Source: Octopus bimaculoides
Lineage: Eukaryota
Direction of reading: 5' to 3'
NCBI RefSeq assembly: GCF_001194135.2
Contig: NC_068986.1
Span: forward strand, 98,997,995-99,052,225
DNA length: 54,231 bases
Positions 11,265-23,106 of this stretch are shown here, piece by piece. Under the pieces are notes generated by a model that made no database searches, had not been told where the DNA came from, and worked only from the letters and a program-made list of their open reading frames with translations. Made by a program: the position numbers and the translations under genes. Within the stretch, counting starts at the first letter, position 1. Every line of letters begins with the position of its first letter.

Positions 11265-12803
11265 TCATCGTCCTTTGTGAATAAGATAATGGTTTGACAG
11301 GCTTCTGTTTCTGGAAAATGCTTTCCCACAAATTACGCATTGGTAAGGTTTTTCTCCTGTGTGAGTACGTATATGTTCTGTTAAATTCTCTTTTTTATAA
11401 TATAATTTCTCACAAAATTCACATTGGTATATTTTTTCTCCTGTATGAATACTTTTATGACGAGTTAGATTACTATTTCGAGAAAATGCTTTCCCACATG
11501 TTTCGCAGCGGTACAGTTTTTCTCCAGTGTGAGTCCATTTATGATCAGTCAATCTCCTTTTAGAACAAAATGCTTTCCCACAAGTTTCACACCGGAATGG
11601 TGTTTCTCTTGCATGAGTCCACCTATGGTTTGATAAGTTACTGCTACGAGAAAATGCTTTCCCACATGTTATGCATTGGTATGGTCTTTCTCCAGTGTGA
11701 GTCCGTTTATGATCAGACAAAAGTGTACTGTAAGTAAATACTTTACCACAAATGTCACAATGGTATGGGTTATCTCCTGTATGAGTACGTACATGCCGGG
11801 ATACATAACGACTTTGAGAAAATGCTTTTCCACAAAATTCACATTTGTATGGCTTTTCATCAGAGTGAGTATGTTTATGGTTTAATAAATGTACTTTACG
11901 TGAAAATACTTTCAGACAAATTTCACAATGGAATGTTCTTTCAGTATGAGTGAGTTTATGATCTTTTAAGTGAGACTTTTGCGAAAAGGCTTTCCCACAA
12001 ATTTCACACTCAAATGGTTTATTGCCCGTGTGAATAATTTTATGAAAATTTAATCTACCTTTTAACAAGAAAGATTTCCCACAGATTTCACAGGAATATG
12101 ATCCATTTCCTGTGTGGCTCCTTTCATGAAGTGATAATTGGCTTTTCAAAGAAAACGTCTTTCCGCAGAATTCACAAGGATATGGTGTTCCGGTGTGACT
12201 AAATCTATGATTTTTTAAATGTCTATTGAATGAAAACTCTTTCCCACAGATCTCACACTGGTATGGTTTCTCTCCTGTATGCACACGTTTATGATCACCT
12301 AAACTACTGCTGCTAGTAAATGCTTTCCCACATATTTCACAGTTATATGGCTTTTCTCCTGTATGAGTCCTTTTATGAATTAATAGATGACCACTGTGAG
12401 AAAATGCTTTCCCACAAGTTTTACACTGGTAAGGTTTTTCTCCTGTATGAATACGTTTGTGACATGATAATTTATTATTACACGAAAAGGATTTCCCACA
12501 AGTTTCACAATGGAATGGTCTTTCACCAGTGTGACTACGAATATGAAGCAGCAACTTACTGTTAAAAGAAAATCCTTTGCCACATATTTCACAGTGGTAT
12601 GGTTGTTCTCCAGTGTGAATACGTTTATGATAAGTTACTGCACTGTTACGAGAAAAAGATTTACCACAGAATTCACAATGGTATGGCTTCTCTCCTGTAT
12701 GAGTACGTTTATGAGCAGTTAGATTAGAATTTTTAGAAAAAGATCTTCCACAAATATGACAACTGTAAGGTTTTGCTTCTGTTTCAAACATTGTCTGACC
12801 CAT
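11265..12803 (-). CDS. C2H2 zinc-finger protein, 18 tandem fingers, 512 aa, no effector domain (ZNF gene 1)
   Basis: ATG-initiated open ORF with 18 CX2CX12HX3H motifs joined by TGEKPY-type linkers; heterogeneous recognition helices. Confidence 0.95.
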   Translation of the reverse strand: MGQTMFETEAKPYSCHICGRSFSKNSNLTAHKRTHTGEKPYHCEFCGKSFSRNSAVTYHKRIHTGEQPYHCEICGKGFSFNSKLLLHIRSHTGERPFHCETCGKSFSCNNKLSCHKRIHTGEKPYQCKTCGKAFSHSGHLLIHKRTHTGEKPYNCEICGKAFTSSSSLGDHKRVHTGEKPYQCEICGKEFSFNRHLKNHRFSHTGTPYPCEFCGKTFSLKSQLSLHERSHTGNGSYSCEICGKSFLLKGRLNFHKIIHTGNKPFECEICGKAFSQKSHLKDHKLTHTERTFHCEICLKVFSRKVHLLNHKHTHSDEKPYKCEFCGKAFSQSRYVSRHVRTHTGDNPYHCDICGKVFTYSTLLSDHKRTHTGERPYQCITCGKAFSRSSNLSNHRWTHARETPFRCETCGKAFCSKRRLTDHKWTHTGEKLYRCETCGKAFSRNSNLTRHKSIHTGEKIYQCEFCEKLYYKKENLTEHIRTHTGEKPYQCVICGKAFSRNRSLSNHYLIHKGR

Positions 12804-13158
12804 AATGCTTTAATAGACAATATACAATATATTCTACTATTTTCCATGGAAACATTTACAATAAAATGAAAACCTCTTCTCTACCATCACAAAGAAATGT
12901 ATTTTCTTTCACTGAATCAGTTGAAATCAAATTTAAAATATTATCACAGCAATATATTCTACCGATATGACATGTTGTCATGAACCGATCTGTTTCAATT
13001 ATTTGTGAGAAAATGACTTTTTACTAACGTCAGACTAGTCACAACTTATTAAAGGAAACATATCTCATATTACATTGTTACCATCAGATGAGCTGATAAA
13101 CGTCACATTATGAATTATGATATCGTCAGGAAAAATTCCATTCTTCAACATGGTTAGT

Positions 13159-13179
13159 CTGAAATGAAAGAAAACAAAT
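13159..13179 (-). promoter_or_regulatory. Predicted splice acceptor of the gene 1 coding exon
   Basis: Minus strand ATTTGTTTTCTTTCATTTCAG, identical to 43048-43068 upstream of gene 5. Confidence 0.75.
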
Positions 13180-13846
13180 CATAGTTTATGACTCATGATA
13201 TATTGTTGATGTTTTTCAACACAAGATCAACCCCCTGTCCCTTTAGCTGAAACTACCCTGTCTTACTGTTTTTTTTTTTTTTTTTTNNNNNNNNNNNNNN
13301 NNNNNNNNNNNNNNNNNNNNNNNNNNNNNNNNNNNNNNNNNNNNNNNNNNNNNNNNNNNNNNNNNNNNNNNNNNNNNNNNNNNNNNNNNNNNNNNNNNNN
13401 NNNNNNNNNNNNNNNNNNNNNNNNNNNNNNNNNNNNNNNNNNNNNNNNNNNNNNNNNNNNNNNNNNNNNNNNNNNNNNNNNNNNNNNNNNNNNNNNNNNN
13501 NNNNNNNNNNNNNNNNNNNNNNNNNNNNNNNNNNNNNNNNNNNNNNNNNNNNNNNNNNNNNNNNNNNNNNNNNNNNNNNNNNNNNNNNNNNNNNNNNNNN
13601 NNNNNNNNNNNNNNNNNNNNNNNNNNNNNNNNNNNNNNNNNNNNNNNNNNNNNNNNNNNNNNNNNNNNNNNNNNNNNNNNNNNNNNNNNNNNNNNNNNNN
13701 NNNNNNNNNNNNNNNNNNNNNNNNNNNNNNNNNNNNNNNNNNNNNNNNNNNNNNNNNNNNNNNNNNNNNNNNNNNNNNNNNNNNNNNNNNNNNNNNNNNN
13801 NNNNNNNNNNNNNNNNNNNNNNNNNNNNNNNNNNNNNNNNNNNNNA

Positions 13847-14039
13847 TGAATTATGCGAAACTCCTCTCACCTGTCTCGGAAAAAAAATAATAAATAAAAC
13901 ATTTTCACAAAGAAGTTTGACGTAATTGTAATCTACACATCTGAAACGTTTCTGTGGAAAATTTCATTAAAATATCCATTTTTCAGAAAGTTACAAGGAA
14001 ACAAGGTCAGGTGGATGGCGCGCTTGTGTAGTTATGCCC
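13847..14039. mobile_element. Terminal fragment of a GGGCATAACTAC-ended TIR family
   Basis: Subrepeat AAAATTTCATTAAAATATCCATTTTTCAGAAAGTTAC, ending TGTAGTTATGCCC as at 26411. Confidence 0.5.
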
Positions 14040-15149
14040 AATAAAATCAAGAGCAATTCAAGTACTGAAGTCCATGTAATCAACTGTACCCCCCCCCCTA
14101 AAATGTGCGATCTCGTTGGTAAACATCAACAATAAACAAAATTGCAATCTATTTCTGTACAGGTGAATATCCCTTCAACGCTTCAATTATTACATTACAC
14201 AACTAAAACCAAAATTCAAAGAAGGCGTGTTGTGGTAGTAACTGGATGTACAGATCAAATTTACAGATAATGTTAGAATTGAACTAATTTTCCAGAAACA
14301 TGTTGGGTGACTTAAGACAATTTCTGTTTCTTGGAAATGACAGGGAGTCGTCATCTCTGTCGTGTTTTACCAATGGGATAATGAGGAACCCTCTAAGGGT
14401 CGGTCAACATACTAGAAATCTCCTTTGAATCACGCCTTACCTTTTTCATAAAGATATTAGATAATTTAGTTCCAGACTTTTAAAATAGAGATGGTCCTGG
14501 TTAGAACGCTTTTGATCATATGTCAGCTCGATCGTGTTGGCTTGGATGTAATCAGCCGAGTAAAACTGTATTGAGAGAAATGATTTGACGAAGGAGCCAC
14601 TAGCCGGTTGCTCAACCTAACAGCTTAATCCTTTCAGTGCACTCCCTATTTTCAGTAAAGAAAGGCATATTGGATAATGTGATTCTACATACCTCAAAAA
14701 AAAAAAAACGAAAAAAAGACGTGATGGTCACGGTCGAATCACCTTTACTTTTCTGCCCATTCAATTAGAATTATTCAGCTGCGATGAGGAAAATCTAGTT
14801 GTAATTATCGAACCGGAAGTGCTTATAACGCAGACGAAAAATCGTCGCTGGATCACTTTCGTTTTTCGTTCAACACTTTCACTTTTAACGCACGCTGTGT
14901 TTATGTTCTGTAAACAAACACAAAGAAAAACATTTCCGGGAAATAATTGCAAAGGAACAAAGCATAATGATCAAGGCACTTGTAGTGTCTATTTGTTTGA
15001 TCATGGTTGTTTGTCTTAAAAATATTATGAGATTGTAAGATACCTATAATCACTTGTTACTTCGCTATTGTTTTTACGAAAACATACAACTTCGTTACGC
15101 TTTGTTGATCAGTTCTGGATCAGCTCTGATCGAATAGTCACAAGTATTC

Positions 15150-16210
15150 TGTTAATGTTTACTTTAACTTCCGGTCACGAAAACAAAACAAAAGAAGGTG
15201 TGATAGGTGTGAAAAAAAATGTGTTAAATGAATATGAAAACAAAAATTTGTGCTAACGAACCGGGATGAGCGTGGGGAGAGGCTTTCGGAAAATTCACAA
15301 GATCCTATTTTTTTCCCTCATAACTTTGAGGAAAATGGATATCTTTTAATGAAATTTTATATAAATACCTTTCAAACGGCGTAGATTATGATTATAAAGG
15401 ATTTGTAAGGAACATTTTTTCCGAGGGGGTGGGGAGAGGGCATTCGAAGAGAAAGAAATTATGTTTTTGCTTGAATGTAATGGGAAAAGTTTGAAAAAAT
15501 TTTTTTTAGATTCATTTAGAGAAAGGGTGTAAAAAAGATCCCATGTATCATGGTGAGAGAAACGGCGTTGAATGTGGAAAAAAAAGTTAAGGGCGATTTA
15601 GCTGTTGTTTTTAGCACACGTCCACCGTTGGGATCTNNNNNNNNNNNNNNNNNNNNNNNNNNNNNNNNNNNNNNNNNNNNNNNNNNNNNNNNNNNNNNNN
15701 NNNNNNNNNNNNNNNNNNNNNNNNGAATCTAAGAATTGTTTTCGAACTTATTTTCCATTACACTCAAGCAAAAAATTAATTTATGAATTTCTTCCCTTCG
15801 AAGGTCCTCTCTCCACTCCCTCGGAAAAACATTTTCCCCACAAATTTCTTTATAATTGTAATCTATGTCGTTTGAAAGGTATTCATTAAAAGATATCCAT
15901 TTTCCTAAAGGTTACGAGGGTAAAAATCGAATCGTATGAATTTTTCGAAATTCCTCTCCCCACGCCCTGATTCGTTAGCGCAAATTTTTGTTTTCATATT
16001 CGTTTAATACACATTTTTTGGTAAATTTTCAGATTAACACCCGCACGATTTTCACTAGGGTGTTAGGGTTAGGGTTATGGACGGAATTCCCTAACCCCAA
16101 CACCCTAGTGAAAATGGTGCAGGTGTTAATCTGAAAATTTACCTATTTTTTTACACCTATTACACTTTTTTTTTTGTTTTCCTGACCGAGAGTTAAAGTA
16201 AGCATTAACC
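15150..16210. mobile_element. Long-TIR foldback-type DNA transposon derivative (Merlin-like: GG terminus, 8-bp TSD)
   Basis: Inverted arms of more than 300 bp (about 15150-15480 vs 15780-16210), termini (T/G)GTTAATG...CATTAACC, flanks AAGTATTC/AAGTACTC (7/8 match). Confidence 0.72.
16020..16143. mobile_element. 124-bp hairpin MITE with TTAGGG hexamers, nested in the right arm of 15150-16210
   Basis: 55-bp arms (3 mismatches) GGTAAATTTTCAG...TTAGGGTTAGGG / CCCTAACCCCAAC...AAAATTTACC, 14-nt spacer, flanks CATTTTTT/TATTTTTT. Confidence 0.85.
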
Positions 16211-16617
16211 AAGTACTCTGCTCTTTGACCACCTCATCTTTTATTTTTAAATACAAGATACTTACAATGTGTTCTTTTTTAAAAGAGTGGAGAGCATAAT
16301 TTCAGAAAGATTAATCATTCCTCTTTGTAAGTCGAGAGACCATGCAGAGAAAAAGTTCAAAGAGTGAAAAGTGAAATCATTAAATGAAAGGCAAAAGGCG
16401 GAAACTGGATTAGCGCCGAAATTCTCATTTGATGTTTTATTCGGAATGTTTTACAGCCGAGCTTCTTTTCCTTTTAAACATTTATTTACATTGTCATATT
16501 GTTAAAGAATTGTGCATGAAAGACATAAGCTGGAGTGGCAGGGAATGATTCCAGAGAACCGATTTATAGTGCAGGTCCTGAGGAGTTGGTCATAACAGTG
16601 ACGTGAAGAACAAATTT

Positions 16618-16690
16618 ATCATCATCATCAGCAGCATTTAACATCTGTTTTCCTGGCTGGTATGAGCTGGACAATTTGACAGGAGCTGGT
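16618..16690 (-). mobile_element. Short RTE 3' tail
   Basis: Reverse complement of ...CAGATGTTAAATGCTGCTGATGATGAT, matching the tails at 10130-10160 and 32660-32713. Confidence 0.6.
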
Positions 16691-17080
16691 AAGGAGGGTG
16701 GGTTGAAGAACAAGATAAAGAGAGCAATAGTGAAAGAGAGTGGCAGAAATGTCCCCTGAGGGGCATCAGGGATGGTGAGAATAAGTAGGGTGATACAGAA
16801 GTTTGAACTGGTTGGGTGGGCAGTGTAAAGGTAACTGGCAAATGATGGTGTGAAATATAGGAGAGGCTCAGAGATGGGGGCTGCAGTAGGTCTCTGAGAT
16901 CGTTGAAGGTGATAGCAGATAAGCAAGGTGTTAATGATGGAGAAGAACACAGGGGGGAGTGTAGGCACTGAAAGAAAGTGATTGGTGGAGACAGTCAGCA
17001 GGTGAAGATAATGGGAAACAGAAGTGGTTTGAGGTGGGGAAGAAGGTAACTGAGAAAACAGGGGTATGCAGTATGTGTCT

Positions 17081-17433
17081 GTGGAGGCACAATGGCCCAG
17101 TGGTTATGGCAGCGGACTCACGGTTTCGATTCCCAGACAGGGCGTTGTGAGTGTTTATTGAACGGAAACACCTAAAGCTCCACAAGGCTCCGGCAGGGGA
17201 TGGTGGCGACACAACTTTCTCTCACTCTTACTTCCTGTTTCTGTTGTGCTTGTAATTCAAAGGGTCAGCCTTGTCACACTGTGTCACATTGAATATCCCC
17301 AAGAACTACGTTAAGGGTACACTTGTCTGTGGAGTGCTCAGCCACTTGCACGTTAATTTCACGAGCACTGCTGTTCCGTTGATTGAATCAACTGGAACCC
17401 TCAACGTCGTAAGCGATGAAGTGCCAACAACAA
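17081..17433 (+). mobile_element. SINE family A with 12-bp TSD
   Basis: A box TGGCCCAGTGG, B-box-like GGTTTCGATTCC, (AAC)n tail; TSD CAGTATGTGTCT at 17069-17080 and 17434-17445. Confidence 0.93.
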
Positions 17434-17449
17434 CAGTATGTGTCTATTC

Positions 17450-18045
17450 TGTTCTCTGGTGATAGAGAGGTGATGGGTGTTAAAGGATGAAAGGTGGAGG
17501 GAAATGGTTCGGAGGGCAGAGAGGATGCAGTTTAGCATAGGGCAGAGCTCCTCACACAGGCATTTATTAAGATGGTTTAAAATATCAGTTCTACTGTGGT
17601 GGAAGGGTCTCTTGAGTACAGCAAGGGACCAGATATCTTGGTCTTTTGTCATCTCCTTCATAAGGCTCAGTGTCTTGAGATCAACCCTCAGTAATTTGTC
17701 CCATGTCTTCCTGGGTCTCTCTTTCATGATTTCCATCCACTTTTAGTGATCGGTATTTCTTTAGCAACTGTCCACATACATATGCATCACATGGCCAAAT
17801 CAGAACAGTCTTCTCTCTTGCACAATACATCTAATTCCTGTCATGCCTAACTTTTCTTTCAGTACATAAGGGCTCTGTTGCACACGTACACTGACATTGC
17901 ACTTTCAGTAAAGCATACTAGCTTCATTCCTCCATTCAGAGACCATAACCCACTACCATATAGCATTGATGTTCATACACAGACAAAACACAATCTTCCT
18001 TTCACTCAGAGCGAGAGAGAGAGAGATAGATATCTTTGGTTGCCA
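17450..18045 (-). mobile_element. RTE-clade LINE RT C-terminal remnant
   Basis: Minus strand gives LATK..LSLRVKGRL and RPRKTWDKLLRVDLKTLSLMKEMTKDQDIWSLAV; frameshifts and stops present. Confidence 0.8.
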
Positions 18046-18047
18046 AA

Positions 18048-18940
18048 CGCGTATTTTTTTATACTTCTATCATTTTACAAAATTAAGATAAACTAAGTTC
18101 TTTTTTAATCTAAAACAAGGTTTCCCAACCAAGGGTGAAAAGATAGCATTCTAGGGGGTGCGAGCAGGGAAGGATTTATAGGGGGTCAAAGAGGGCAATT
18201 GCCCCGGGCACCTTTATTCTTATACAAATTATTACATTAAGGGGAGCGAGAACATATTAAAAGTTTTTAGGAGTGCAGGGCATAAAAAGGGTTGGGAACT
18301 ACTGATCTAAAATATATTTTCCTTCATTGTCTACAATGCTCTTTCATCTATCTGATAGACTTGCAAGGCCCCTCTTCCAAAATTCACTTGTCCGCAAAGA
18401 AAAACACTCCTCCAGTACTGTTCTGACCTCGTCTACAGAATTCATATTTTTTCCGTCCAAATGATTTTGAAAACTGTGGAATAAATGATAATCAGATGGG
18501 GCAATGTCCAGCGAATATGATGGGTGGGGCATCGTTTCCCATTCAAACTGCTCCAGTCTTTGGAATGTCATCCTCGCTGTATGTGGATAAGCACTATCCT
18601 GATGGAAGAACACCTTTCATCTTGAAACCAAAGATGGTCATTTTTCTTCTAGCGCTGACCTAAGCCGCTCAGGCTGCTCTCCTTTGTATCATTTGGTTTG
18701 GGTTTAAAAGTTCAAAGTGAACTAAACCTTTCATATCCCACCAAACAGATAACACCTTACATAGGTGAAGACCTTCTTTAGCCTGGGGTGCTGGTGTTTC
18801 TCCTTTCCCTACCCACTGTCTTCAGTACTTACATTTTTACAGAGAACCTATTTCTCATCACCAGTCACTATTTGGTCCAAAAAAGGGTTCATTTGTAAGA
18901 CGTGACAGCAAAGAAGAGCACACATTCACTTTCTGCACGC
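18048..18940 (-). pseudogene. Mariner (DD34D) transposase remnant
   Basis: PFLDQIVTGDEK*, VWWDMKGLVHFELL, HQDSAYPHT...YSLDIAPSDYHLF with exactly 34 residues between the 2nd and 3rd Asp; C-terminus DNEGKYILD*. Confidence 0.9.
18116..18304. mobile_element. hAT (Charlie-like) MITE with perfect 8-bp TSD
   Basis: Termini CAAGGTTTCCCAACC / GGTTGGGAACTACTG; TSD ATCTAAAA at 18108-18115 and 18305-18312. Confidence 0.85.
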
Positions 18941-19027
18941 AAACAACAACACTGTCAAAACAACAACGCTGTCAAAACAACAACACTGTCAAAAAAGTGA
19001 CACTCAACTAGCCTTCCTTCCTCGTTC

Positions 19028-19148
19028 CTTGAAAGGATGAAAGGCAAAGTTGACCTTAGTGGAATCTGGACTCAGAAAATAAAGCCAGAAAAAAATGTAA
19101 CTAAGCATTTTGTCTGGAATGCTAACAATTCTACCAGTTCACCATCCT
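19028..19148 (-). mobile_element. SINE family C, partial and diverged
   Basis: AAAGGATGAAAGGCAAAGTTGACC motif as in the other minus copies. Confidence 0.7.
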
Positions 19149-19530
19149 TCCTATACATAAAATAATAGCATGTGGAATACTGTGTTCATTTCAGTAATCT
19201 GTAACATCAACCTTTTTTGTGTCCTTATCCAATATCAAATGTAAGCTTTTATTATGTGTATTATTTTATTGAGGTCAAGGAAGCTTACCAGAGCTAAATT
19301 GGTTTATTGACCAGCAGAAAATATATTTTTCCATTCTGAGATTGTAATAAAATGGAAAAAAAATTATCTGCTGTTGTACATAAGTGTTGCATTGATAAAA
19401 TCTATGATCTTCAAATAGCATCTATTGATATTACACAGCATTTACACATGTTAATACTGGGTTCAGACAACAAATCACGAGAAAAAGAATACAGTATGTG
19501 ATAACTAATCAAAATAGACCAAACTAACTA

Positions 19531-20107
19531 ATCATCATCGTTTAACGTCTGTTTTCCATGCTAGCATGGGTTGGACAGTTTGACTGGGGTCTGGAAACCC
19601 AACAGCTGCACCAGGCTCCAATCTGATCTGGCAATGTTTCTACAGCTAGATGCCCTTCCTAATGCCAACCACTTAGAAAGTAGTGGGTGCTTTTTACGTG
19701 CCACCTACACAAGACCCAGGCAGTCAGGCCTAGCATTGATTACGTTCATATGGTGCTTATTACGTGCCACTGGCATGGGAGCCAGTCAGGCGGACCTGGC
19801 ATTGACCATGTTTGGATGGTGCTGTTTACATGTCACCGGCATGGGAGCCAGTCAGGCGGACCTGGCATCGACCAAGTTTGGATGATGCATTTTACATGCC
19901 ACCGGAACGGGAACCAGTCAGGAGACACTTGCCACAGTTACGATTTGGGTTTTACTTGACTCAATAGATCTTCTCAAGCATATCATATTGGCCGACACAT
20001 CAAGGGTACTTTTAAATGGCCAGACATGTGACAATGTCATCGGCCATGGCTGCAATCTCTCTTTAGTTGCTGGGTCTTCCCAATCACAGTATATCTCCAA
20101 AGGTCTC
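19531..20107 (-). mobile_element. RTE LINE 3' end with four 66-bp tandem subrepeats
   Basis: ORF end RDLWRYTV, (GAT)n tail; TACRTGYCAC units start at 19695, 19761, 19827 and 19893. Confidence 0.85.
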
Positions 20108-20254
20108 ATAAAAGCATGCAGCACATTGGTGCTTATAACAAGTTTGAAAACCCCTGCTCTACATAATCCTGTCAGATGTAACAAGTATTTATATAGAATG
20201 CAAAATGTGTGCTTGAGACATCATCAAACCTTGGGATACATCAACATTAGTAAA

Positions 20255-20450
20255 ATATTGGAATTTTTAGGGAGGGGGCTAGATGATTCCATCGATCCCA
20301 GTGCTCAACTGGTACTTATTTCATCGACCCCAAAAGGATGAAAGGCAAAGTCAACCTCAGGAGAATTTGAACTCAGAATGTAAAGGCATATGAAATGTTG
20401 CTGAGTGTTTTGTTCAGAAAGTTAATGATTCTGCCAGCTCAGCTCACCTT
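20255..20450 (-). mobile_element. SINE family C
   Basis: Colinear with the other copies. Confidence 0.8.
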
Positions 20451-20969
20451 TATGAGTTTAAACATAATAACCAAGAAACAGATAAGATCATTAGATTTAA
20501 AATAACTTATTATGTCGCTACTGGGCTAAGTTCAGAACCATCCCATACTGAAATATACATTTGCAATGGAAAAAAACATTGAAATTTCCAAAGCTAATTA
20601 ATTAAAAACTTTTATTATGAAATTTGTTTTAGTTGGAAAAAAAAAAAATTGTAAAAAACAAATATATAAAAAAAAAAAATCGCACAGTAAATGTTATTAA
20701 TGCATGAATGCATTGTTAGTGGACTAAAGATAAGAAAGTACATTGCTATTATATTCCCACACTCAGAAATATATTGCTGATCTCAGCTATGGGATAATTA
20801 TCACAGAGGAATGAATCTCTTTTAGAACAAATATTTGTTAAGGAACAGTTTATAAAGAAGGACTTTTCACTTTGAGTTAAGCAGGTATAAAATACTTGTT
20901 TCACAGTTCCAAGATGTAACAGTCTCTTTCTAGTATAAACCAATCTGTGACATTTTTTTCAATCAAAAA

Positions 20970-22106
20970 TCACAAAATTTGAGATTCTTTTTTAATCTGA
21001 ACACACTTATGATGCAATAAATAACATTTTTTAGAAAATCCTTTCTCACAGGTATCACATTGGTAGGGCTTCACTCCTGCATGAATACGTTTATGAATAA
21101 TTAAGGTACGACTGTGAGAAAATGTTTTGCTACATACTTCACAGTGGTATGATTTTCTCCTTGAGTGAAAATGTAGATGATCTGAAAGACTACTCTTTCC
21201 AGAGAATAATTTGCCACATAAGTCACAATGGTATGGTTTTTCACCAGTGTGAATGCGTACATGAACTGCAAGGCTCCCACTTCGAGAAAATGTTTTCTCA
21301 CAAAGCGCACATTTGTATGGCTTCTCCCCTGTGTGACTACGTTTATGAACTGAAAGAGCGCTCTTTCGATGAAACGCTTTGCCACAGATTTCACATTGAT
21401 AACGTTTAACTTCTGTGTGAGTTCGTGCATGATTTGATAACAAACGGTTATGAGAAAATGCTTTCCCACAAATTTCACAGTTGTATGGTTTTTCTTCAAG
21501 GTGAGTATATTTATGAACGGATAAGCTACTATTTTGGGTAAACGATTTCCCACAAATTTCACAGTGGAATGATTTTTCTCCTGTGTGAGTACGTTTATGA
21601 CCTGTTAGGTGAGCGTTCTGAGCAAATGCTCTCCCACAAACATCACAATGATAAGGTCTATCACCCGTATGAATTCGCTTATGAACTTTTAACTGGTTTT
21701 TCAGAGTAAATGTTTTCCCACAAAATTCACATTGGTAAGGCTTTTCCCCTGTGTGAATACGTTTATGATCTGAAAAACGAGTAACATCAGGGAATGTTTT
21801 CCCACAAATTGTACAAATGTATGGACGTTCTCCAGTATGGCTCCGTTTATGTCTTGTCAAGTGACCAATGTAAGAAAATGTTTTACCACAAATTTCACAG
21901 TGGTATGGTCTTTCTCCTGTGTGAACACGTTTATGTACTACAAAGGAGCCATAATGTGAAAATGCTTTCCCACAAGTTTCACAACTGTATGGTTTTTCAC
22001 CCGTATGAGTACGGTTGTGAGCCAATAATTTAAAATTGTTAGATAATATTTTCCCACAAACTTCACATCTGTGACATTTTGCCTGTGTGCGTAACATTTT
22101 TTCCAT
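20970..22106 (-). CDS. C2H2 zinc-finger protein, 12 canonical fingers plus a C2HC-like last finger (ZNF gene 2)
   Basis: Open ORF (track starts at TTG 22109; first ATG 22106), TGEKPY linkers; candidate acceptor TTTTCTTTTCTTTAATTTCAG at 22351-22371 (minus). Confidence 0.93.
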   Translation of the reverse strand: MEKMLRTQAKCHRCEVCGKILSNNFKLLAHNRTHTGEKPYSCETCGKAFSHYGSFVVHKRVHTGERPYHCEICGKTFSYIGHLTRHKRSHTGERPYICTICGKTFPDVTRFSDHKRIHTGEKPYQCEFCGKTFTLKNQLKVHKRIHTGDRPYHCDVCGRAFAQNAHLTGHKRTHTGEKSFHCEICGKSFTQNSSLSVHKYTHLEEKPYNCEICGKAFSHNRLLSNHARTHTEVKRYQCEICGKAFHRKSALSVHKRSHTGEKPYKCALCEKTFSRSGSLAVHVRIHTGEKPYHCDLCGKLFSGKSSLSDHLHFHSRRKSYHCEVCSKTFSHSRTLIIHKRIHAGVKPYQCDTCEKGFSKKCYLLHHKCVQIKKESQIL

Positions 22107-23106
22107 CAACAGATGTTCATAAGAGGAAACACAAGCAGCAAATTCCTAGATTTTTCTCTTCTAGGAACACATTTATACAAAACTATTTAATCCTCTTAAT
22201 TTGGATCCTTCTACTAAATTTCATAATGGAATTGACTGAAGCAGATTTTTAAAAAATGTCCTCTAAATAACATAACTTAAGAACCTGATAAATGCCACAT
22301 GCTTGAATTAAACATCTTTTAGTAAAAGTCCACTTTTCAAGATACCAGTCCTGAAATTAAAGAAAAGAAAATTTAAGTGTGCTTGAAAATATTGTAATAA
22401 ATAATCAATAATAAATAATGTTGTGTGTTTGGTGCTTACTTCAAAATAAAGCAAAAGAGTGGACTAAAATAGAGCATAACTATAAGTTCTGCTCAATAAT
22501 TAACTAGCTTTGTTATAGAAATTAACTGCTTAATTTATTAGGAACATATTCTATTCATATAGAACCGATAAAGACTTTGATAATGGTTTTAGAGACAGCT
22601 AAGATTTTGGTGCTAATTCATTTAGAGTACTGAAATATTTATATAAATCTTCAGATAATTTTTTTTTTATCAATGACTGAGTATAATACAGGGGTAGCTA
22701 ATAGAGAATAGTCACCTTAATGTGGTGCACTCTACAGGTTAGTCACCATAATGTGGTTCAAGTTGAGTTAGTTTGTATAAGACCACTAGAAATAGCAACC
22801 AAATCAACCACAAATGTTAGGATCAGACTGAACACATCATCATTTTACATTTGTTTTCCTTGTTAGCATGAGTTGGTACAGGATGTCAGAAAGTTCTTAT
22901 AAAGATTTACTACCCTCCTAGATGAGTTGGTGAACATGTCTTTCCTTCCCTACATTTCCTGATCTTCTGTCTCCACATTCTCCTATATTCACCATCTTGG
23001 ACCGAGGGTATGCTCTGACACCTCATTCCAACCATCCTTATCTCTTTTTCCAGTTCCACCATATATAATGGGAGGCAGCCATGTAGCTCCTCTGCAGCAA
23101 CAAACC

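Noticed and set aside
11294-12722. Many overlapping or antisense ORFs inside the ZNF genes (also in genes 2-5)
   Set aside because: Shadow frames produced by the periodic finger codons.
16255-16270. GTAAGT on the minus strand as a candidate exon-1 donor for gene 1
   Set aside because: Weak exonic context and it appears to lie in a degenerate dispersed repeat; the first exon of gene 1 remains unlocated.
16690-17040. Purine-rich stretch that may be a decayed Penelope RT (similarly 49270-49540)
   Set aside because: Only vague resemblance; no diagnostic motif could be read without a search.
19688-19940. Four 66-bp repeats resembling a CRISPR-like array
   Set aside because: No unique spacers, eukaryotic context, and the units lie inside the RTE 3' UTR also seen at 32338, 37790 and 48421.
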